Shown here piece by piece: positions 1 to 12,176 of a DNA stretch of 50,417 nt (the first letter of the stretch is position 1; each line of letters begins with the position of its first letter). This DNA is from a virus (Duplodnaviria > Heunggongvirae > Uroviricota > Caudoviricetes), in the IMG/VR virus record IMGVR_UViG_2700989535_000003; one strand, written 5' to 3'. Position numbers and translations under genes: made by a program. The notes beneath the pieces are model-generated. The model searched no databases and was not told the DNA's origin. It was given only the letters and a program-made list of their open reading frames with translations.

Positions 1-1284
1 TTACAGACTTCTGGAAGGTTGCGCAGCTCTTACAACACGCGGTTGATCTTCCGCAGCGTCTTCCAGCGCACTTAAATCACGGTCTTTCACCTCTGGCATT
101 TTCAGCGCAGAGATTAAACCAATTACTGAATATGCCATGATCATAATGGCGATCGGATACCAGGATTCCGTCATGGTGCAGAAAATACCCGCCAGGATAG
201 GACCAAAACCGGAAGCGATAAGACCACCAATTTCTTTAGAAATAGCCATCCGGGTAAAGCGGTTTTTACAGCCGAACATTTCTGCCATGGTAATGTTTTC
301 CAGAGCAAATAATCCCAGCACCGCACAGTTATGAATCACAATCAGTGCAACCATAATGGTGCTCGGGGCATAGCTTTTATCTACAATGATAGAAAGCATT
401 GGCCATGCCAGCACAATCGCGGAGGTATTCATAATAATATACGGGATCCGGCGACCAATTTTATCGGATAACCAACCAAGGAACGGAATGGTCATAAAGC
501 CGAGAATCGAACTAATCATCAATGCATCTGTTGGAATTGCTTTGTTAAACAATAACGTCTGCACTAAATAGCCTGCAAGGAAAGTCTGAATTAACCCGGA
601 GTTACCCGCCTGACCAAAACGCAGCCCTGTTGCCAGCCAGAAGGATTTGCTCTGGAACATGCTACCAGCAGGTGCAGGTTTTGCTGTGGGTTGGTTGCTG
701 TCATTAACCTTCTCAAAGACCGGGCTTTCTTTCAGATTCATACGTAACCAGATAGCAAAGACCATCACGACAACGCTCGCCAGGAACGGTATACGCCATC
801 CCCACGCCAGCAGTTCCTCTTTACTGAGAATGAAGAACATAAAGGCCCAGATTGCCGTTGCGCTCAAGGTTCCGCAGTTAGTTCCCATAGCTACAAATGA
901 GGAGATAATTCCGCGCTTACCTTTTGGTGCATATTCCGCCAGCATCGTACCGGCACCGGAAATTTCCGCACCTGCACCCAACCCCTGAATAATACGCAGC
1001 GTCACCAGCAAGATGGGGGCAAAAACACCAATCTGTGCATAGGTCGGTAACACACCAATTAAGGTGGTACAGATCCCCATCATGGTGATGGTAATAAAGA
1101 GCACTTTTTTACGCCCTATTCTGTCGCCCATTTTGCCGAAAATAAATGCTCCGACAATACGCGCCACATAACCTGCACCGTAGGTTCCCATTGCCAAAAT
1201 TAACGCCATTGCCGTTGATGATTCAGGAAAAAATATTTCATGAAACACTAACGCTGCGCCGAGCGAATATAACTGGAAATCCAT
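1..1284 (-). pseudogene. ydfJ: MFS transporter YdfJ, 5'-truncated by prophage insertion (427-aa remnant)
   Basis: ORF translation has MFS sugar/metabolite:H+ symporter motifs (GxxxxRPxGxxxFGxxGDRIGRK, GWRIPF) but begins inside TM1 (MDFQLYS.. corresponds to the conserved W-FDF-xY motif), and an in-frame stop lies 2 codons upstream of the first Met (1288..1290). Consistent with recalled K-12 annotation of ydfJ as interrupted by Qin. Confidence 0.6.
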
Positions 1285-1886
1285 AATTCACAGGTGTTTT
1301 TTCCCATCCTGTGGTTTCCTTGGCGTTTTCTAGGTTTTTTCAGATAGTTGCATTTTTTTAAAAGCATCCTAAGTTCGATCTCAGTGTCTATCTGGGGCCT
1401 ATTTCTGTCCCATATATGCCCCAAAAAACTCCCCAACAGATAAGTAGTTTTTTCATGGATTTACGCGTAAAATCAATAACGGCTGGAAATCATTCAATAC
1501 TCGCACTATCGAAAAATTTACCAGCCAACCGCAGCACGTTCTTGCATAAGGCGTGTCTGCGGTTTTTCAACTATTCAGATACATCACTCCCATCACATTC
1601 ATTCCTCCGCATCAAAGGCATATAGGCTATATCACCTTGATATTTTTCTTCTTCAGATAAAAATTGTTATCTATGTATACTTTTAAACCCAATCCGTGTA
1701 GAGTCTCTGCATAAGATAGTTTGCAGTTGCCACTTCAGATTGCGCCATAAACCGCCTGATTTTTGCCGCCACCTGTTAGCATTCCTGTATACCTGAAACG
1801 ACAATGTTTATCTACGAACTTTAAGAACACCCAAGATAAAAATTGTCAACTATATCATATATAACACATTACTAATTCGAGGCTAT

Positions 1887-2000
1887 ATGAACAGCATACT
1901 GATAATCACTTCTCTCCTTATCATATTCAGCATTTTTAGTCATGCCCTAATAAAATTAGGGATTGGCATATCCAATAACCCAGACAAAACCGATGTATAA
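1887..2000 (+). CDS. Small hydrophobic ORF (37 aa, [37 protein letters not shown])
   Basis: ATG preceded by GAGG at -8; single predicted TM helix; AT-rich intergenic region between ydfJ and ydfK. Below the size cutoff of the ORF track. No homology assessed. Confidence 0.25.
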
Positions 2001-2068
2001 GTCAACATATCCTGAATCAGACATACAATATCGCAATGAAAATCAATAATATTTTAAGGAATATCTTC

Positions 2069-2302
2069 ATGAAATCAAAAGACACCCTAAAGTGGTTCCC
2101 TGCGCAGCTTCCTGAAGTAAGAATTATCCTAGGGGATGCTGTAGTGGAAGTAGCAAAACAGGGAAGACCTATCAATACCAGAACATTGCTTGATTACATT
2201 GAAGGAAACATAAAGAAAAAATCATGGCTGGATAACAAAGAATTATTACAAACAGCGATATCAGTTCTTAAAGACAACCAAAATTTAAATGGTAAAATGT
2301 AA
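2069..2302 (+). CDS. ydfK: YdfK/YnaE-family small protein (77 aa, cold-shock associated)
   Basis: Internal Met of track ORF 2036..2302 gives MKSKDTLKWFPAQLPEV...; AAGGA SD 8 nt upstream; position next to pin matches Qin/Rac layout as recalled. Confidence 0.6.
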   Translation: MKSKDTLKWFPAQLPEVRIILGDAVVEVAKQGRPINTRTLLDYIEGNIKKKSWLDNKELLQTAISVLKDNQNLNGKM

Positions 2303-2618
2303 TATAACAAACTTACTTTTTTATCATTTTTCCACTTTAACAACATTTTGCTCCACTTTTCCACGACCAAACAAATTGAAATCTGGTTAAAATAACACGC
2401 AACACTATTCTTCTTCCTTGAGTCTGCCCGGAACTCGAAAAACAAACCGAGTTAAAGCCATTTTTCACAAAATCGATTTTGGGTCTCACCAAAATTACGG
2501 GGTTGCATACGCATTCGTTTATTTTCGAACGTGTACATACAAATATGCACAAAAATAATCAAAATTATTTTCTGAGATGCATTATGATATGAACACCAAT
2601 TTCGTATAGAGTCTCACT

Positions 2619-3209
2619 ATGTCTCGAATTTTTGCTTACTGTCGGATATCAACGCTGGATCAGACCACCGAAAATCAACGCCGGGAAATCGAAAGTGCAG
2701 GTTTTAAAATCAAACCTCAGCAAATAATCGAAGAACACATTAGCGGCTCAGCAGCAACCAGTGAGCGTCCTGGTTTTAACCGGTTGCTTGCTCGCCTGAA
2801 ATGTGGTGATCAATTGATTGTGACAAAACTGGATCGCCTTGGTTGTAATGCAATGGATATCAGGAAAACAGTGGAACAACTGACCGAAACAGGTATCAGA
2901 GTGCATTGCTTAGCATTGGGGGGCATTGACCTGACCAGTCCAACAGGAAAAATGATGATGCACGTAATTTCAGCAGTCGCTGAATTTGAACGAGACCTTT
3001 TACTTGAACGCACTCATTCCGGGATAGTAAGAGCCCGCGGCGCAGGGAAACGTTTTGGTCGACCACCTGTGTTAAATGAAGAACAGAAACAGGTGGTATT
3101 CGAACGAATTAAGTCAGGTGTAAGTATAAGTGCCATTGCCCGGGAATTCAAAACCTCGCGGCAAACCATTTTAAGAGCCAAAGCAAAACTTCAGACACCT
3201 GACATATAA
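2619..3209 (+). CDS. pin: Serine recombinase, DNA invertase Pin (Gin/Hin/Cin family)
   Basis: 196 aa; N-terminal resolvase catalytic region (YCRISTLDQ, Ser nucleophile), C-terminal HTH; adjacent to tail fibre genes. Confidence 0.9.
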   Translation: MSRIFAYCRISTLDQTTENQRREIESAGFKIKPQQIIEEHISGSAATSERPGFNRLLARLKCGDQLIVTKLDRLGCNAMDIRKTVEQLTETGIRVHCLALGGIDLTSPTGKMMMHVISAVAEFERDLLLERTHSGIVRARGAGKRFGRPPVLNEEQKQVVFERIKSGVSISAIAREFKTSRQTILRAKAKLQTPDI

Positions 3210-3306
3210 AAAATAATCTCGGTGTGAGATGCTTTACGTCTTCCAAGCCCCCTTCCTTGCCGTAAATGGAAAGATACATCTAATTATAGAATTTATATGT
3301 TTTACC

Positions 3307-3882
3307 CTACGGCAGTGCTGGCCATTCAATATCCTGTGCAGTTGATGTATCAACACGGTTCAGCAACACCCGATACTTTTTCCAGGCTTCCAGCAATGAG
3401 GTTTCTTCCTCCGTTGCGATTTCCAGATCTACAGCATCCTGAAGTGGCGCTATATGCTCACTGGCTACCTGCATCAGGCTGTTTTTTGTTTCTTCCGCCT
3501 CCCGAATCCGGAACAGTTTTTCTGCTTCCGTATCCTTCACCCAGACTGTACCGTTCCACTTCTGAAACTCCCCTTCCGGCGATAACCAGGTAACATTTTC
3601 CGGTAACGGACCGAGTTCAGAAATAAATAACGCGTCGCCGGAAGCCACGTCATAAACCATTTTACCCCGATGATCTTCAACGAGATGCCACGATGACTCA
3701 TCACTGTTGAAAACAGCCACGAAGCCAGCCGGAATATCTGGCGGTGCAATATCGGTACTGTTTGCTGGCAGACCTGTATGAGGCGGAATATATGCATCAC
3801 CTTCACCAATAAATTCATTAGTTCCGGCCAGCAGATTATAAATTTTTATGGTCCGTGGTTGTTCACTCATTCTGAATGCCAT
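3307..3882 (-). CDS. tfa: Tail fibre assembly protein Tfa
   Basis: 191 aa ORF immediately downstream of stf, start overlapping stf stop; lambda Tfa-like sequence. Confidence 0.85.
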   Translation of the reverse strand: MAFRMSEQPRTIKIYNLLAGTNEFIGEGDAYIPPHTGLPANSTDIAPPDIPAGFVAVFNSDESSWHLVEDHRGKMVYDVASGDALFISELGPLPENVTWLSPEGEFQKWNGTVWVKDTEAEKLFRIREAEETKNSLMQVASEHIAPLQDAVDLEIATEEETSLLEAWKKYRVLLNRVDTSTAQDIEWPALP

Positions 3883-6800
3883 TATGCAAGCCTCACAATA
3901 TAGTTAAATGCGATGTTTTTGACGGTGTTTTCCGCGTTACCAGCAGCGTTAACGGTGATGGTGTGTCCATGTGAACCAATCGCAACGGAGTGCGTATGAG
4001 CACCAATACCCACAGTATGTGCGTGTGCACCTGCGCTTGCAGCAGTACCCGATACAGAGTGCGTATGAGCGCCTGCAGAAGAAGTGTTAACACTGTATTT
4101 AGAATAATCAGATGCTCCACTTCCCGGAGCACCACTGGAACCACCTGAAACAAATGTCATCGAATGGGTATGTGCACCGGCTGAAGCAGCCGTACCGCTA
4201 ACACTATGGGTATGCGCCCCGGTGTTATTCGTGGATTTAGTGCCGTAATCAAACGACGATGTGGTTTTCGTCCCCAAATCCGTACTGGATGCGCTGGCGC
4301 TGTGGGTATGCGATTTAATGCCGTCCTGTTCCTGAGACAATACGGCCCGACCACTGGCAGGTTTGCCCTTAATCGTCCAGCCACGCATATCAGGGATCAC
4401 GCCTGACGGATAAGCGGCTGCAAGTTTCGGGTAAGCAGATTTGTCAAAAGTCTGCCCCTGCATCAGGGCATAACCAGACGGAACGGTATCTGATGGCCAC
4501 GGGATTGGTGCGCCGACTGGGTAGCTTTCTGGTGGAAGATTTTTCGAGGTATAAACTTCTGCCCAGTCTTCCTCAAAACCATAACCGCCTCTTGAAGAAC
4601 GGTAGAACAGACCACCATTTCTGTAATGCGCCTTCATCTGCAAGGTCCGGCAACTTCCGACTCCGGTATAGAAGTTAACCAGAATATAGCTGTCGCCAGA
4701 GCGGGTGACATTGTAAGCACCTGATTCGGCATTCCAGGGAACGCCACCATCCGCATCGGCATATGTATCCGTTGCCCTTCTGGCAAAAGCAGCCACATGC
4801 GCGGCGGTTAAAGTAATATCTCTGGAACCATCAAACTCAACACCAGAAACCAGTCTTGGCGTTTGCAGCTTTGTTGCTGTTAATGCATTACCGTTCAGAC
4901 TTGCGGACAGTTTGGTTCCAATAACCAGTTCGCCGGTTGCGTTATCAATAGCAAACGGTCTTAATGTATTCCAGCTACCATAAACATCACCTTGATTGGT
5001 AAGCAGCAGGTAAGTTTTAGCGCCATCATTACGCCATAATGCACCATACTCCCCACCTATCATTCGAATCTGATTACCACCACGCGCTACAATTTCGTCT
5101 GTGGCAAAAAGTTTTTTGCACGACAAATTATCGTTAACGATTAACGAATGAGACTCATAAAAACCACGCCCACTCTTAAAATCAAGGATAACGTCCGCCG
5201 CGATACATTCAGTCGCTGGATTTGTTGCCCCAAACTTATAGGTCGTATCATTAACAACGAGATCAGCACCAGGTGCGGATATTGACAGGCCATCTTCGAT
5301 AAACGCAAAAACAGGGAAAGCAGCGCCATCAACATAGAACACAGAGCGCAAATCATCGCCCTTATTACTCATCATTATTGAGTGGATGGCTCGTTCATTG
5401 TTTTGATATTGCCAGAACATTCCATAAGCATAACGCCCCCTGTCAGTCCAGCCACCAGGCATAACAAATCCGTTAAACTCGCAGTTATTCATCGGATCGC
5501 CTGCGGTTCGCGGTGCCGTGGTGATAATGACCCTTGATGCCAGTTCGCTTACTGAGCCAGCAGAACGCATAACAACAACAGGGTAATATTTTCCAGATGT
5601 TGCACCTGCAGGAGCGTTAACCCGCACATAACGCATACCACGCTTATCAGCAAAGTCTGTTTTACTGACCGCGTTAATGTTGTTCAGGAAGCGTCCCTTA
5701 TCGGGTATATCAGCGCCGTTCTGGTCTTTCTGCAGACGTTTCTCTGCATTGTCATAGGCTGATTTTACTGCCTTTGGCGTTGCCGCCAGCGTTTCAGACG
5801 TACTGTTGGTCGCACTGCTGAGCTGTACTATCCCCTTTTTCGTCGTGCTCGCATCCTCAAGCGCCACGGCGGATGCAATATCCTCTGCCCGTTTTGCCGC
5901 TGTCTCGGCGCGCGTTGCCGCGGATTCCGCCGTACTTTTGCTCTGTGCTGCCGCCGTCGCACTGCCAGCTGCCTCTGTCGCCTTCGTGGATGCTGTCGTG
6001 GCGCTGCCCTTCGCTGCTGACGCCTGTCTGGTCGCCTCATCTTTTGAAGCAGACGCCGATGATGCCGATGACGCCGCCGAACTGGCTGACGATGCGGCAG
6101 CCGTTTTTGAGGATTCTGCGCTGGTTTCCGACGCTTTCGCGTTCGTTTCGGATGTCTTCGCTGCGGAAGCAGAACTCGCTGCTGCGCTGGCCTGTTCAGT
6201 GGCTTCGCCAGCCTTCGTTGTGGCTGTTGAAGCGGATGATGCGGCGCTTTCTGCCGATTTTCCGGCGGCGGTGGCACTGGCTGAGGCCTGCCCGGCACTT
6301 GTTGACGCGGCGCTGGCAGATGATGCAGCCGCTGTTTTTGAGCCTGCCGCAGCTGAGGCGCTCTGTCCCGCTGCCGTCTCAGAAGACTTAGCGTTCGTCT
6401 CGGACGTTTTTGCCGCCTTCGCGGAATTTCCTGCCGCCGTTGCCGAGGAAGTTGCGCTACTGGCGCTCGAGGATGCGTTCGTTTCTGATGATTTCGCTGC
6501 CTCTTTTGAGGCCGCCGCATCCCGGGCTGAGGTGGCAGCTTCTGACGCTTTCGTGGTCGCGGTGGATGCAGAAGTGGCTGCTGATTGTTGTGACGCTGCG
6601 GCATTCGTTTCTGACGTTTTCGCGGCACTGGCACTGGTAGCTGCCGCGCTTTTTGAGGACTCTGCAGCAGCAGCACTTTTCGATGCTTCACTGGCCTTTG
6701 TTGATGCCGTTCCTGCGCTGGAAGACGCTGACTGAGCCGACGACGCGGCCTGTCCGGCTGACGTGCTGGCTGCGCGTGCTGAGCCTGCAGCATCAGTCGC

Positions 6801-7232
6801 ATGGGTTGCCGCCTCACGGGCTGATGTGCCGGCATCGCCGGCTGACTTCTTCGCGGCTGCCGTGTTCTGTGCCACCGCGGACGCGTTACGCGCCACCTCT
6901 TCCACCATCAGCTCAAAACGGCGCAGTGCCTCTGGCCGGGCATCATCCTCCGTCATGGCACCGAGAAAATCATTCAGCGTACCGGGTCGGGAGTCTTCAT
7001 ACACGGTGATGGTCCCGGCATGTGACGGCGGGAATCCTTCCACCAACAGAATAACGCTGTACTGACCGTACTCAACGTCCATGCTGTAACGCCCGACTTC
7101 ATCCGGATTTTCTGAGGCCACCGTGTTCACCACCACCGTGGTGCTGTTACGTTTTGCTTTCAGCTGGATTGTGCAGTTCTGTACCGGTTTTCCTGTGCCG
7201 TCTTTCAGTACACCTGAAATCTTTACTGCCAT
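3882..7232 (-). CDS. stf: Side tail fibre protein Stf
   Basis: About 1116 aa; N-terminus [26 protein letters not shown] (lambda Stf-like) from ATG at 7232 (track ORF begins 2 codons earlier at GTG); long Ala/Ser/Thr-rich repeat region; C-terminal GAHTHS repeats. Confidence 0.85.
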   Translation of the reverse strand: MAVKISGVLKDGTGKPVQNCTIQLKAKRNSTTVVVNTVASENPDEVGRYSMDVEYGQYSVILLVEGFPPSHAGTITVYEDSRPGTLNDFLGAMTEDDARPEALRRFELMVEEVARNASAVAQNTAAAKKSAGDAGTSAREAATHATDAAGSARAASTSAGQAASSAQSASSSAGTASTKASEASKSAAAAESSKSAAATSASAAKTSETNAAASQQSAATSASTATTKASEAATSARDAAASKEAAKSSETNASSSASSATSSATAAGNSAKAAKTSETNAKSSETAAGQSASAAAGSKTAAASSASAASTSAGQASASATAAGKSAESAASSASTATTKAGEATEQASAAASSASAAKTSETNAKASETSAESSKTAAASSASSAASSASSASASKDEATRQASAAKGSATTASTKATEAAGSATAAAQSKSTAESAATRAETAAKRAEDIASAVALEDASTTKKGIVQLSSATNSTSETLAATPKAVKSAYDNAEKRLQKDQNGADIPDKGRFLNNINAVSKTDFADKRGMRYVRVNAPAGATSGKYYPVVVMRSAGSVSELASRVIITTAPRTAGDPMNNCEFNGFVMPGGWTDRGRYAYGMFWQYQNNERAIHSIMMSNKGDDLRSVFYVDGAAFPVFAFIEDGLSISAPGADLVVNDTTYKFGATNPATECIAADVILDFKSGRGFYESHSLIVNDNLSCKKLFATDEIVARGGNQIRMIGGEYGALWRNDGAKTYLLLTNQGDVYGSWNTLRPFAIDNATGELVIGTKLSASLNGNALTATKLQTPRLVSGVEFDGSRDITLTAAHVAAFARRATDTYADADGGVPWNAESGAYNVTRSGDSYILVNFYTGVGSCRTLQMKAHYRNGGLFYRSSRGGYGFEEDWAEVYTSKNLPPESYPVGAPIPWPSDTVPSGYALMQGQTFDKSAYPKLAAAYPSGVIPDMRGWTIKGKPASGRAVLSQEQDGIKSHTHSASASSTDLGTKTTSSFDYGTKSTNNTGAHTHSVSGTAASAGAHTHSMTFVSGGSSGAPGSGASDYSKYSVNTSSAGAHTHSVSGTAASAGAHAHTVGIGAHTHSVAIGSHGHTITVNAAGNAENTVKNIAFNYIVRLA

Positions 7233-7243
7233 ATTCACCCCAC

Positions 7244-7269
7244 AAAAAAGCCCGCCTGAACCGGCGGGC
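7244..7269 (-). terminator. Rho-independent terminator downstream of lom
   Basis: GCCCGCC-TGAACC-GGCGGGC hairpin followed by a T-run on the minus strand (A-run 7244..7249 on plus). Confidence 0.5.
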
Positions 7270-7296
7270 TGTCATAACACTGTGTTACCTGGCTAA

Positions 7297-7896
7297 TCAG
7301 AATTTATAACCGACACCCACGATGAAACCGTCAGTGCGCCAGTCACCACTGCCGGAGCCTTCATAAGCAATATCAATGGCCACGGATTCGGTCGGGTTAA
7401 ACTGCACGCCAGCTCCCCACGCCAGAGACGTGTTGCTGTGGCGACCGTCATCACTTCCGGTCAGCACGTCGTGCGTTTTCCCCTTGTTGTCAGTTACGCG
7501 AAGATAATCCCCGGAGAAAGTCGACACACGGCTGTAAACTACACCCGCCATCGCATACGCGCTGAACCATTCATTCACGCGCACAGACGGCCCCGCCATT
7601 ACGCTGAACCAGCGGTTACGAACGGAATCTTCATGCCAGCGGGTATCGCTGTAACGGGTCAGCTGGCGATTCTTGTCTCCTGCATAGCTGAATGACGTCA
7701 CCATTCCCAGAGTGTCCGTAAACTCATAACGGTATTTCACGTTAATCCCGTTCAGATCATCGCTGCCGGAAACGTTCGTCGAGGCATGAAGATAGCCCGC
7801 GCTCAGCGTGGACTGATGTTCAGACGCCCATGCAGGCGCACCGGATACGGCCAGACAGATGGCTGCGGACAAAATGGCGGCATAAAGTTTACGCAT
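7297..7896 (-). CDS. lom: Outer membrane protein Lom (Ail/Lom/PagC family)
   Basis: 199 aa with signal peptide (AICLAVSGAPAWA) and beta-barrel OMP-like sequence ending GYKF; between J and stf as in lambda. Confidence 0.85.
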   Translation of the reverse strand: MRKLYAAILSAAICLAVSGAPAWASEHQSTLSAGYLHASTNVSGSDDLNGINVKYRYEFTDTLGMVTSFSYAGDKNRQLTRYSDTRWHEDSVRNRWFSVMAGPSVRVNEWFSAYAMAGVVYSRVSTFSGDYLRVTDNKGKTHDVLTGSDDGRHSNTSLAWGAGVQFNPTESVAIDIAYEGSGSGDWRTDGFIVGVGYKF

Positions 7897-7920
7897 AATT
7901 ACCTCTCGCTTTTCTGCAAT

Positions 7921-7944
7921 AAAAAAGGCGTCATTTCTGACGCC
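7921..7944 (-). terminator. Rho-independent terminator downstream of J
   Basis: GGCGTCA-TTTC-TGACGCC hairpin followed by T-run on minus strand. Confidence 0.45.
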
Positions 7945-7962
7945 CGTTATGGGTTATAAAAT

Positions 7963-10900
7963 TCAGCTGATACTGATACCTGCTGTGGATTTTTTCATCA
8001 CCACAACCAGCAGATCGCTGATACTGGTTGTTGGTGTCCAGTTATTCGCTCCTGATGAAGATACGGTGAATGTCAGTGTCAGCGTCCCCTGTCCGGCAGG
8101 CATATCTATAACTGAGGAAAATACGCCCTGAGCATCCGTCGTGGACTGATTAAAAATCTCCTGACCATTGCGGGTCACTCTTAACCGGCAGGTTGAATAC
8201 CAGTATGACTGTTGGTTATTACTGTTGAAATTCTCATGCTTACCACCGCGGAATAACACTGGCGGTATCATGACCTGCCGGTCAAATTTCTGATCATCAC
8301 TGATTCTTACCGTGATGGTGCCACTGGCATAACTGTTCGTGCGGGGGAAAGACTTGCTGACCGTTTTGACAATATCGCCTTCAATCTGATTGGCTGACAG
8401 TTTCCCCTTAATCTGACAGTTTTCATTAATCGTGACATTGTTGAGCGTCCCTGAATTTGCATTCACATTACCGCTGATATCCGCATTTTTAGCGGTCAGC
8501 TTTCCGTCTGGTGTCAGGGAAAATGCCGGCGGATTTCCACCGCTGGTAATGGTGGGAGCCGTCAGGCGTTTCAGGAACACGTCGTTCATGAATATCTGAT
8601 CGCCCTGACCAACAAACATCGGTTTTGTGTTGCCATTCGCAGGATTAACCATCGCAATCCTGTCCGCCGCCAGCAGCACCTGACTCTGCATGCCGTCAGG
8701 GGTGTTCTCAATACCGGCACCAATACCCGCGATATAAAGGCGTCCGTCCTGCATCTGCTGCAGCTTCACAGCCCACATGCTGTTCAGGTTATTATTTGTA
8801 TCAACCTGAACCTTCTGTATCTGCTGAATTGCAGCACTCTGGTCTTCCAGTTTCTTATTGACGGTCTGCGTGATTTCATTGCTGACATCCGTAATGGACG
8901 TCCTGATTTCAGCCAGGTCAGGCGCAAGCTGACCGTTATCAATCTGCGTCCACAGCTCCTGAGCCAGATGGGTTTTCCCTATCTCGCCTTTGAAAAAATC
9001 CAGATAACCGGATGCATCATCACTCGGCTGACCAACAGCCTCCACGAATGCCGATTTGCCAACGGTGTTCACACTGCGGATATAAAAGTAATAATCATGG
9101 CCCGGTTTGATATTGATACTGGCGGCTATCCAGTACAGCGCCGTGCCAAGATAGCGTGCTGTGGTTTCAACCTGCCTGATATCCGCAATCCGCTTTTCCG
9201 AGAACCAGAACTCAAACTGTACCGTCGGATCATAAACCGCAAGATGCGGCGTGGCGGTTATCTGAAAATAGCCCGGCGTCAGCTCAATCCGCGACGGCGC
9301 TGCCGGTGCGGCAATCCGGAACGATACCGACGCCGGATCGCCCTGCTGCCCCCACGCATTTACTGCCCGGACTGTCAGCCTGTAGTTCCCCAGCGCCAGT
9401 TGTGTGAAGCGGTAAGTGGTTTCCGTCGTCCGGGCCGTGCTGACCAGCCACTCACTGCCGTCATCCGCTGTTACGGTCAGACGGAGCAGGAAGCTCACGC
9501 CCTTCACCACCTTCGGCGTGTCCCAGCGCGCCAGCACCTGATATTCCCCGCTGTCTACGGTGACTTCGGCAGTCAGGTGCTGCACCGCTGGCGGCGTGAC
9601 ACCATTCACCGTGCCGCTCTGGTCGCCGTCAAAGTGCGCCCCGTTATCCACGATGGCTTCTTTTTCCGGTACATGCTGCACGGCGGTGATGGCATACGTG
9701 CCGTCGTCGTTCTCACGGATACTCACGCAGCGGAACAGGCGCTGGCGCAGCGTCGGCAGCTTCAGCCCCCACACGCTGTATTCAGCAACGCCGTCAGGAA
9801 CACGGCTCACTTTCACCTTCACGCCGTCGGTGACGGACTGAACCTCCACGCTGACCGGATTGCCACTTCCGTCAACCAGGCTTATCAGCGTGGTACCGGA
9901 GGATGGCAGCGTGATTTCACGGTCGAGCGTCAGCGTCCGGGTCTGGCTGTTTACCGCCAGCACGCGCCCGCCGGTGCGGATACCGGCATAGTCATCATCA
10001 CAGATTTCAATGACATCGCCCGGCACATGGCGAAGCCCTTCTGCGCCCACGCTGAAGTCCACGGTCTGCGTTTCCAGCAGTTCTGTTTTAATCAGCCACA
10101 GCCCGGCGCGATGTGCCTGCCCCCGGCTGGTACAGCCAAAGGCATCCATCTTCGTGACATTACGACCGTAACGGGCAATGGCCTGCGTGTCCTCCACAAG
10201 CTCTGTCGCCGTCTCCCAGCCGTTATTCGGGTCAATCCAGTTCACCTCAACGGCATTATGGCGGTCCTTCAGGGCGCTGAAGCTGTAGCGGAACGGCGCG
10301 CCATCATCCGGCATCACCACATTACTGCGGTTATAGGTCCACACCTTATCTGATGGTCGGTCCTGCACGAACGTCAGCGTCTGCCCGTTCCATACCGGCA
10401 TACAGCGCATCGCCGAGCAGAAATCACTGAGCACATCCCACGCCTTGCGCTGTGTGGTCAGGTACGCATTACAGGTGATGCGCGGCTCCGTGCCGCCAAA
10501 GCCGTCCGGCACTGACTGGTCGCAGTACTGGCCGATGACATACAGCGCCCATTTATCCACATCCGCCGCACCAAGACGTTTCCCCATGCCGTAGCGCGGA
10601 TGGGTCAGCATATCCCACAGACACCAGGCCATGTTGTTGCTGTATGCCGGTTTAAACGTTCCGTCCCAGATACCGCTGTATTGCCGCGTCTGCGGGTTAT
10701 AGTTCGACGGCACCTGCAGAATGCGCCCGCGCAGATGATAATTACGGCTCACCTGCTGGCTGCCGAACTGCTCCGAATCCACCTGCACGCCGACCAGTGC
10801 CGTGTTCGGGTAGCCCTGTTTCACATCGATGATTTCGGTGTATGACGACCAGAGCGTTTTGTTCTGCAGCTGGTCTGTGGTGCTGTCCGGCGTCATCCTG

Positions 10901-11445
10901 CGCATCCGGATATTGAACGGGCGCGGCGGCAGGTTACCCACCACCACCGAGGCCAGATACTGCGAGGTGGTTTTGCCCTTAATGGTGATGTCTTTTTCCG
11001 TCACCCAGCCACCATTACGCTGGATCTGAACCAGCAGGCGGACTTCCGACGGATTCCTGTCCCCCTTTGAGGTGGTTTCCACCAGTGCCTGCACGCCGAA
11101 GGTAAAACGCAGTCGGTCAATGTTTGCCGACGTGATGGTCCGGGTGATCGGCGTGTCGTATTTCACTTCCGTACCCAGCACCGTCTCGGAGCCGGAGGAT
11201 TCAAATCCCTCCGGCGGTGTCTGCTCCTGCTCACCGGCCCGGAACACCACCGTGACGCCGGAGATATTGGTATTCCCCTCACTGTCCAGCACTGGCGTAC
11301 TGTTCAGCAGCACGCTTTTTAATCCATCCACCGGACCTTCAACCGGCCCTTCGCTGATGGCATCGATCACACTCAGCAACTGCGTGGACTTCAGGTTGTC
11401 CTTCGCTTCGCGCGGAGTATGCCCCTTACTGCTGCCTTTACCCAT
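7963..11445 (-). CDS. J: Tail tip / host specificity protein J
   Basis: 1160 aa ORF, lambda gpJ-like, correct position after I. Confidence 0.9.
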   Translation of the reverse strand: MGKGSSKGHTPREAKDNLKSTQLLSVIDAISEGPVEGPVDGLKSVLLNSTPVLDSEGNTNISGVTVVFRAGEQEQTPPEGFESSGSETVLGTEVKYDTPITRTITSANIDRLRFTFGVQALVETTSKGDRNPSEVRLLVQIQRNGGWVTEKDITIKGKTTSQYLASVVVGNLPPRPFNIRMRRMTPDSTTDQLQNKTLWSSYTEIIDVKQGYPNTALVGVQVDSEQFGSQQVSRNYHLRGRILQVPSNYNPQTRQYSGIWDGTFKPAYSNNMAWCLWDMLTHPRYGMGKRLGAADVDKWALYVIGQYCDQSVPDGFGGTEPRITCNAYLTTQRKAWDVLSDFCSAMRCMPVWNGQTLTFVQDRPSDKVWTYNRSNVVMPDDGAPFRYSFSALKDRHNAVEVNWIDPNNGWETATELVEDTQAIARYGRNVTKMDAFGCTSRGQAHRAGLWLIKTELLETQTVDFSVGAEGLRHVPGDVIEICDDDYAGIRTGGRVLAVNSQTRTLTLDREITLPSSGTTLISLVDGSGNPVSVEVQSVTDGVKVKVSRVPDGVAEYSVWGLKLPTLRQRLFRCVSIRENDDGTYAITAVQHVPEKEAIVDNGAHFDGDQSGTVNGVTPPAVQHLTAEVTVDSGEYQVLARWDTPKVVKGVSFLLRLTVTADDGSEWLVSTARTTETTYRFTQLALGNYRLTVRAVNAWGQQGDPASVSFRIAAPAAPSRIELTPGYFQITATPHLAVYDPTVQFEFWFSEKRIADIRQVETTARYLGTALYWIAASINIKPGHDYYFYIRSVNTVGKSAFVEAVGQPSDDASGYLDFFKGEIGKTHLAQELWTQIDNGQLAPDLAEIRTSITDVSNEITQTVNKKLEDQSAAIQQIQKVQVDTNNNLNSMWAVKLQQMQDGRLYIAGIGAGIENTPDGMQSQVLLAADRIAMVNPANGNTKPMFVGQGDQIFMNDVFLKRLTAPTITSGGNPPAFSLTPDGKLTAKNADISGNVNANSGTLNNVTINENCQIKGKLSANQIEGDIVKTVSKSFPRTNSYASGTITVRISDDQKFDRQVMIPPVLFRGGKHENFNSNNQQSYWYSTCRLRVTRNGQEIFNQSTTDAQGVFSSVIDMPAGQGTLTLTFTVSSSGANNWTPTTSISDLLVVVMKKSTAGISIS

Positions 11446-11504
11446 TCCTCACGCTCCATAAACGACAAAACCGCCCGGAGGCGGTTTCACATAAACGTTT
11501 TTCA

Positions 11505-12176
11505 TCATCGACCAATCACCACAACCTGACCACCATCCCCTTCGTCTGCCGTGCTGATCTCCTGAGAGACCACCCGCGACCCCACGCGCATTTCACCGTA
11601 CAGAACCGGCAGAACATTGCCCTGGGCAACCATGTTATCCAGTGAGGAGAAATAGGTGTTCTGTTTGCCGTTATCCGTTGTCTGTGTACGGGGAGTTCTG
11701 GCTTTCGGTGCCAGCATCTGCGCCACACCACCGAGCACCATACTGGCACCGAGAGAAAACAGGATGCCGGTCATACCACCGGCCCCAATGGCTGCCCCCC
11801 ATGCTGCAAGGGTGGCCCCGGCGGTAAAGAATGATCCGGCAATGGCGGCAGCCCCCAGGACAATCTGGAATACGCCACCTGACTTGGCCCCGGCGACTCT
11901 GGGAACAATATGAATCACAGCGCCATCAGGCAGAGTCTCATGTAACTGCGCCGTTAATCCGGACGTGCTGACATCCTGCCCGGCAATCCGTACCTGATAC
12001 CAGCCGTCGCTCAGTTTCTGACGAAACGCCGGGAGCTGTGTGGCCAGTGCGCGGATGGCTTCAGCCCCCGTTTTCACACGAAGGTCGATGCGGCGGCCAA
12101 ATCGTTGTAAATCCCCGTAAAGGCAGATGCGCGCCATGCCCGGTGACGCCAGAGGGAGTGTGTGCGTCGCTGCCAT
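11505..12176 (-). CDS. I: Tail assembly protein I
   Basis: 223 aa, same length as lambda gpI; overlaps 3' end of K. Confidence 0.85.
   Translation of the reverse strand: MAATHTLPLASPGMARICLYGDLQRFGRRIDLRVKTGAEAIRALATQLPAFRQKLSDGWYQVRIAGQDVSTSGLTAQLHETLPDGAVIHIVPRVAGAKSGGVFQIVLGAAAIAGSFFTAGATLAAWGAAIGAGGMTGILFSLGASMVLGGVAQMLAPKARTPRTQTTDNGKQNTYFSSLDNMVAQGNVLPVLYGEMRVGSRVVSQEISTADEGDGGQVVVIGR

Noticed and set aside
3297-3593. 98-aa plus-strand ORF overlapping tfa, considered as a possible alternative (inverted) tail-fibre cassette for Pin
   Set aside because: Too short, Pro/Leu-rich with no tail-fibre-like sequence, and entirely overlapping tfa on the other strand.
5806-6835. Long ORFs on the plus strand (309 aa, 172 aa) and in an alternate minus frame (335 aa, Arg/Pro/Gln-rich) inside stf
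   Set aside because: They lie within the GC-rich repetitive Ala/Ser-coding tract of the tail fibre gene; the translations are low-complexity and the stf frame is the one with phage homology. Artefacts of repeat composition.
8968-10353. 461-aa plus-strand ORF antisense to J
   Set aside because: Completely embedded antisense in a conserved tail gene; Arg-rich translation typical of antisense reading of GC-rich coding DNA; no SD or start context examined that would support it.
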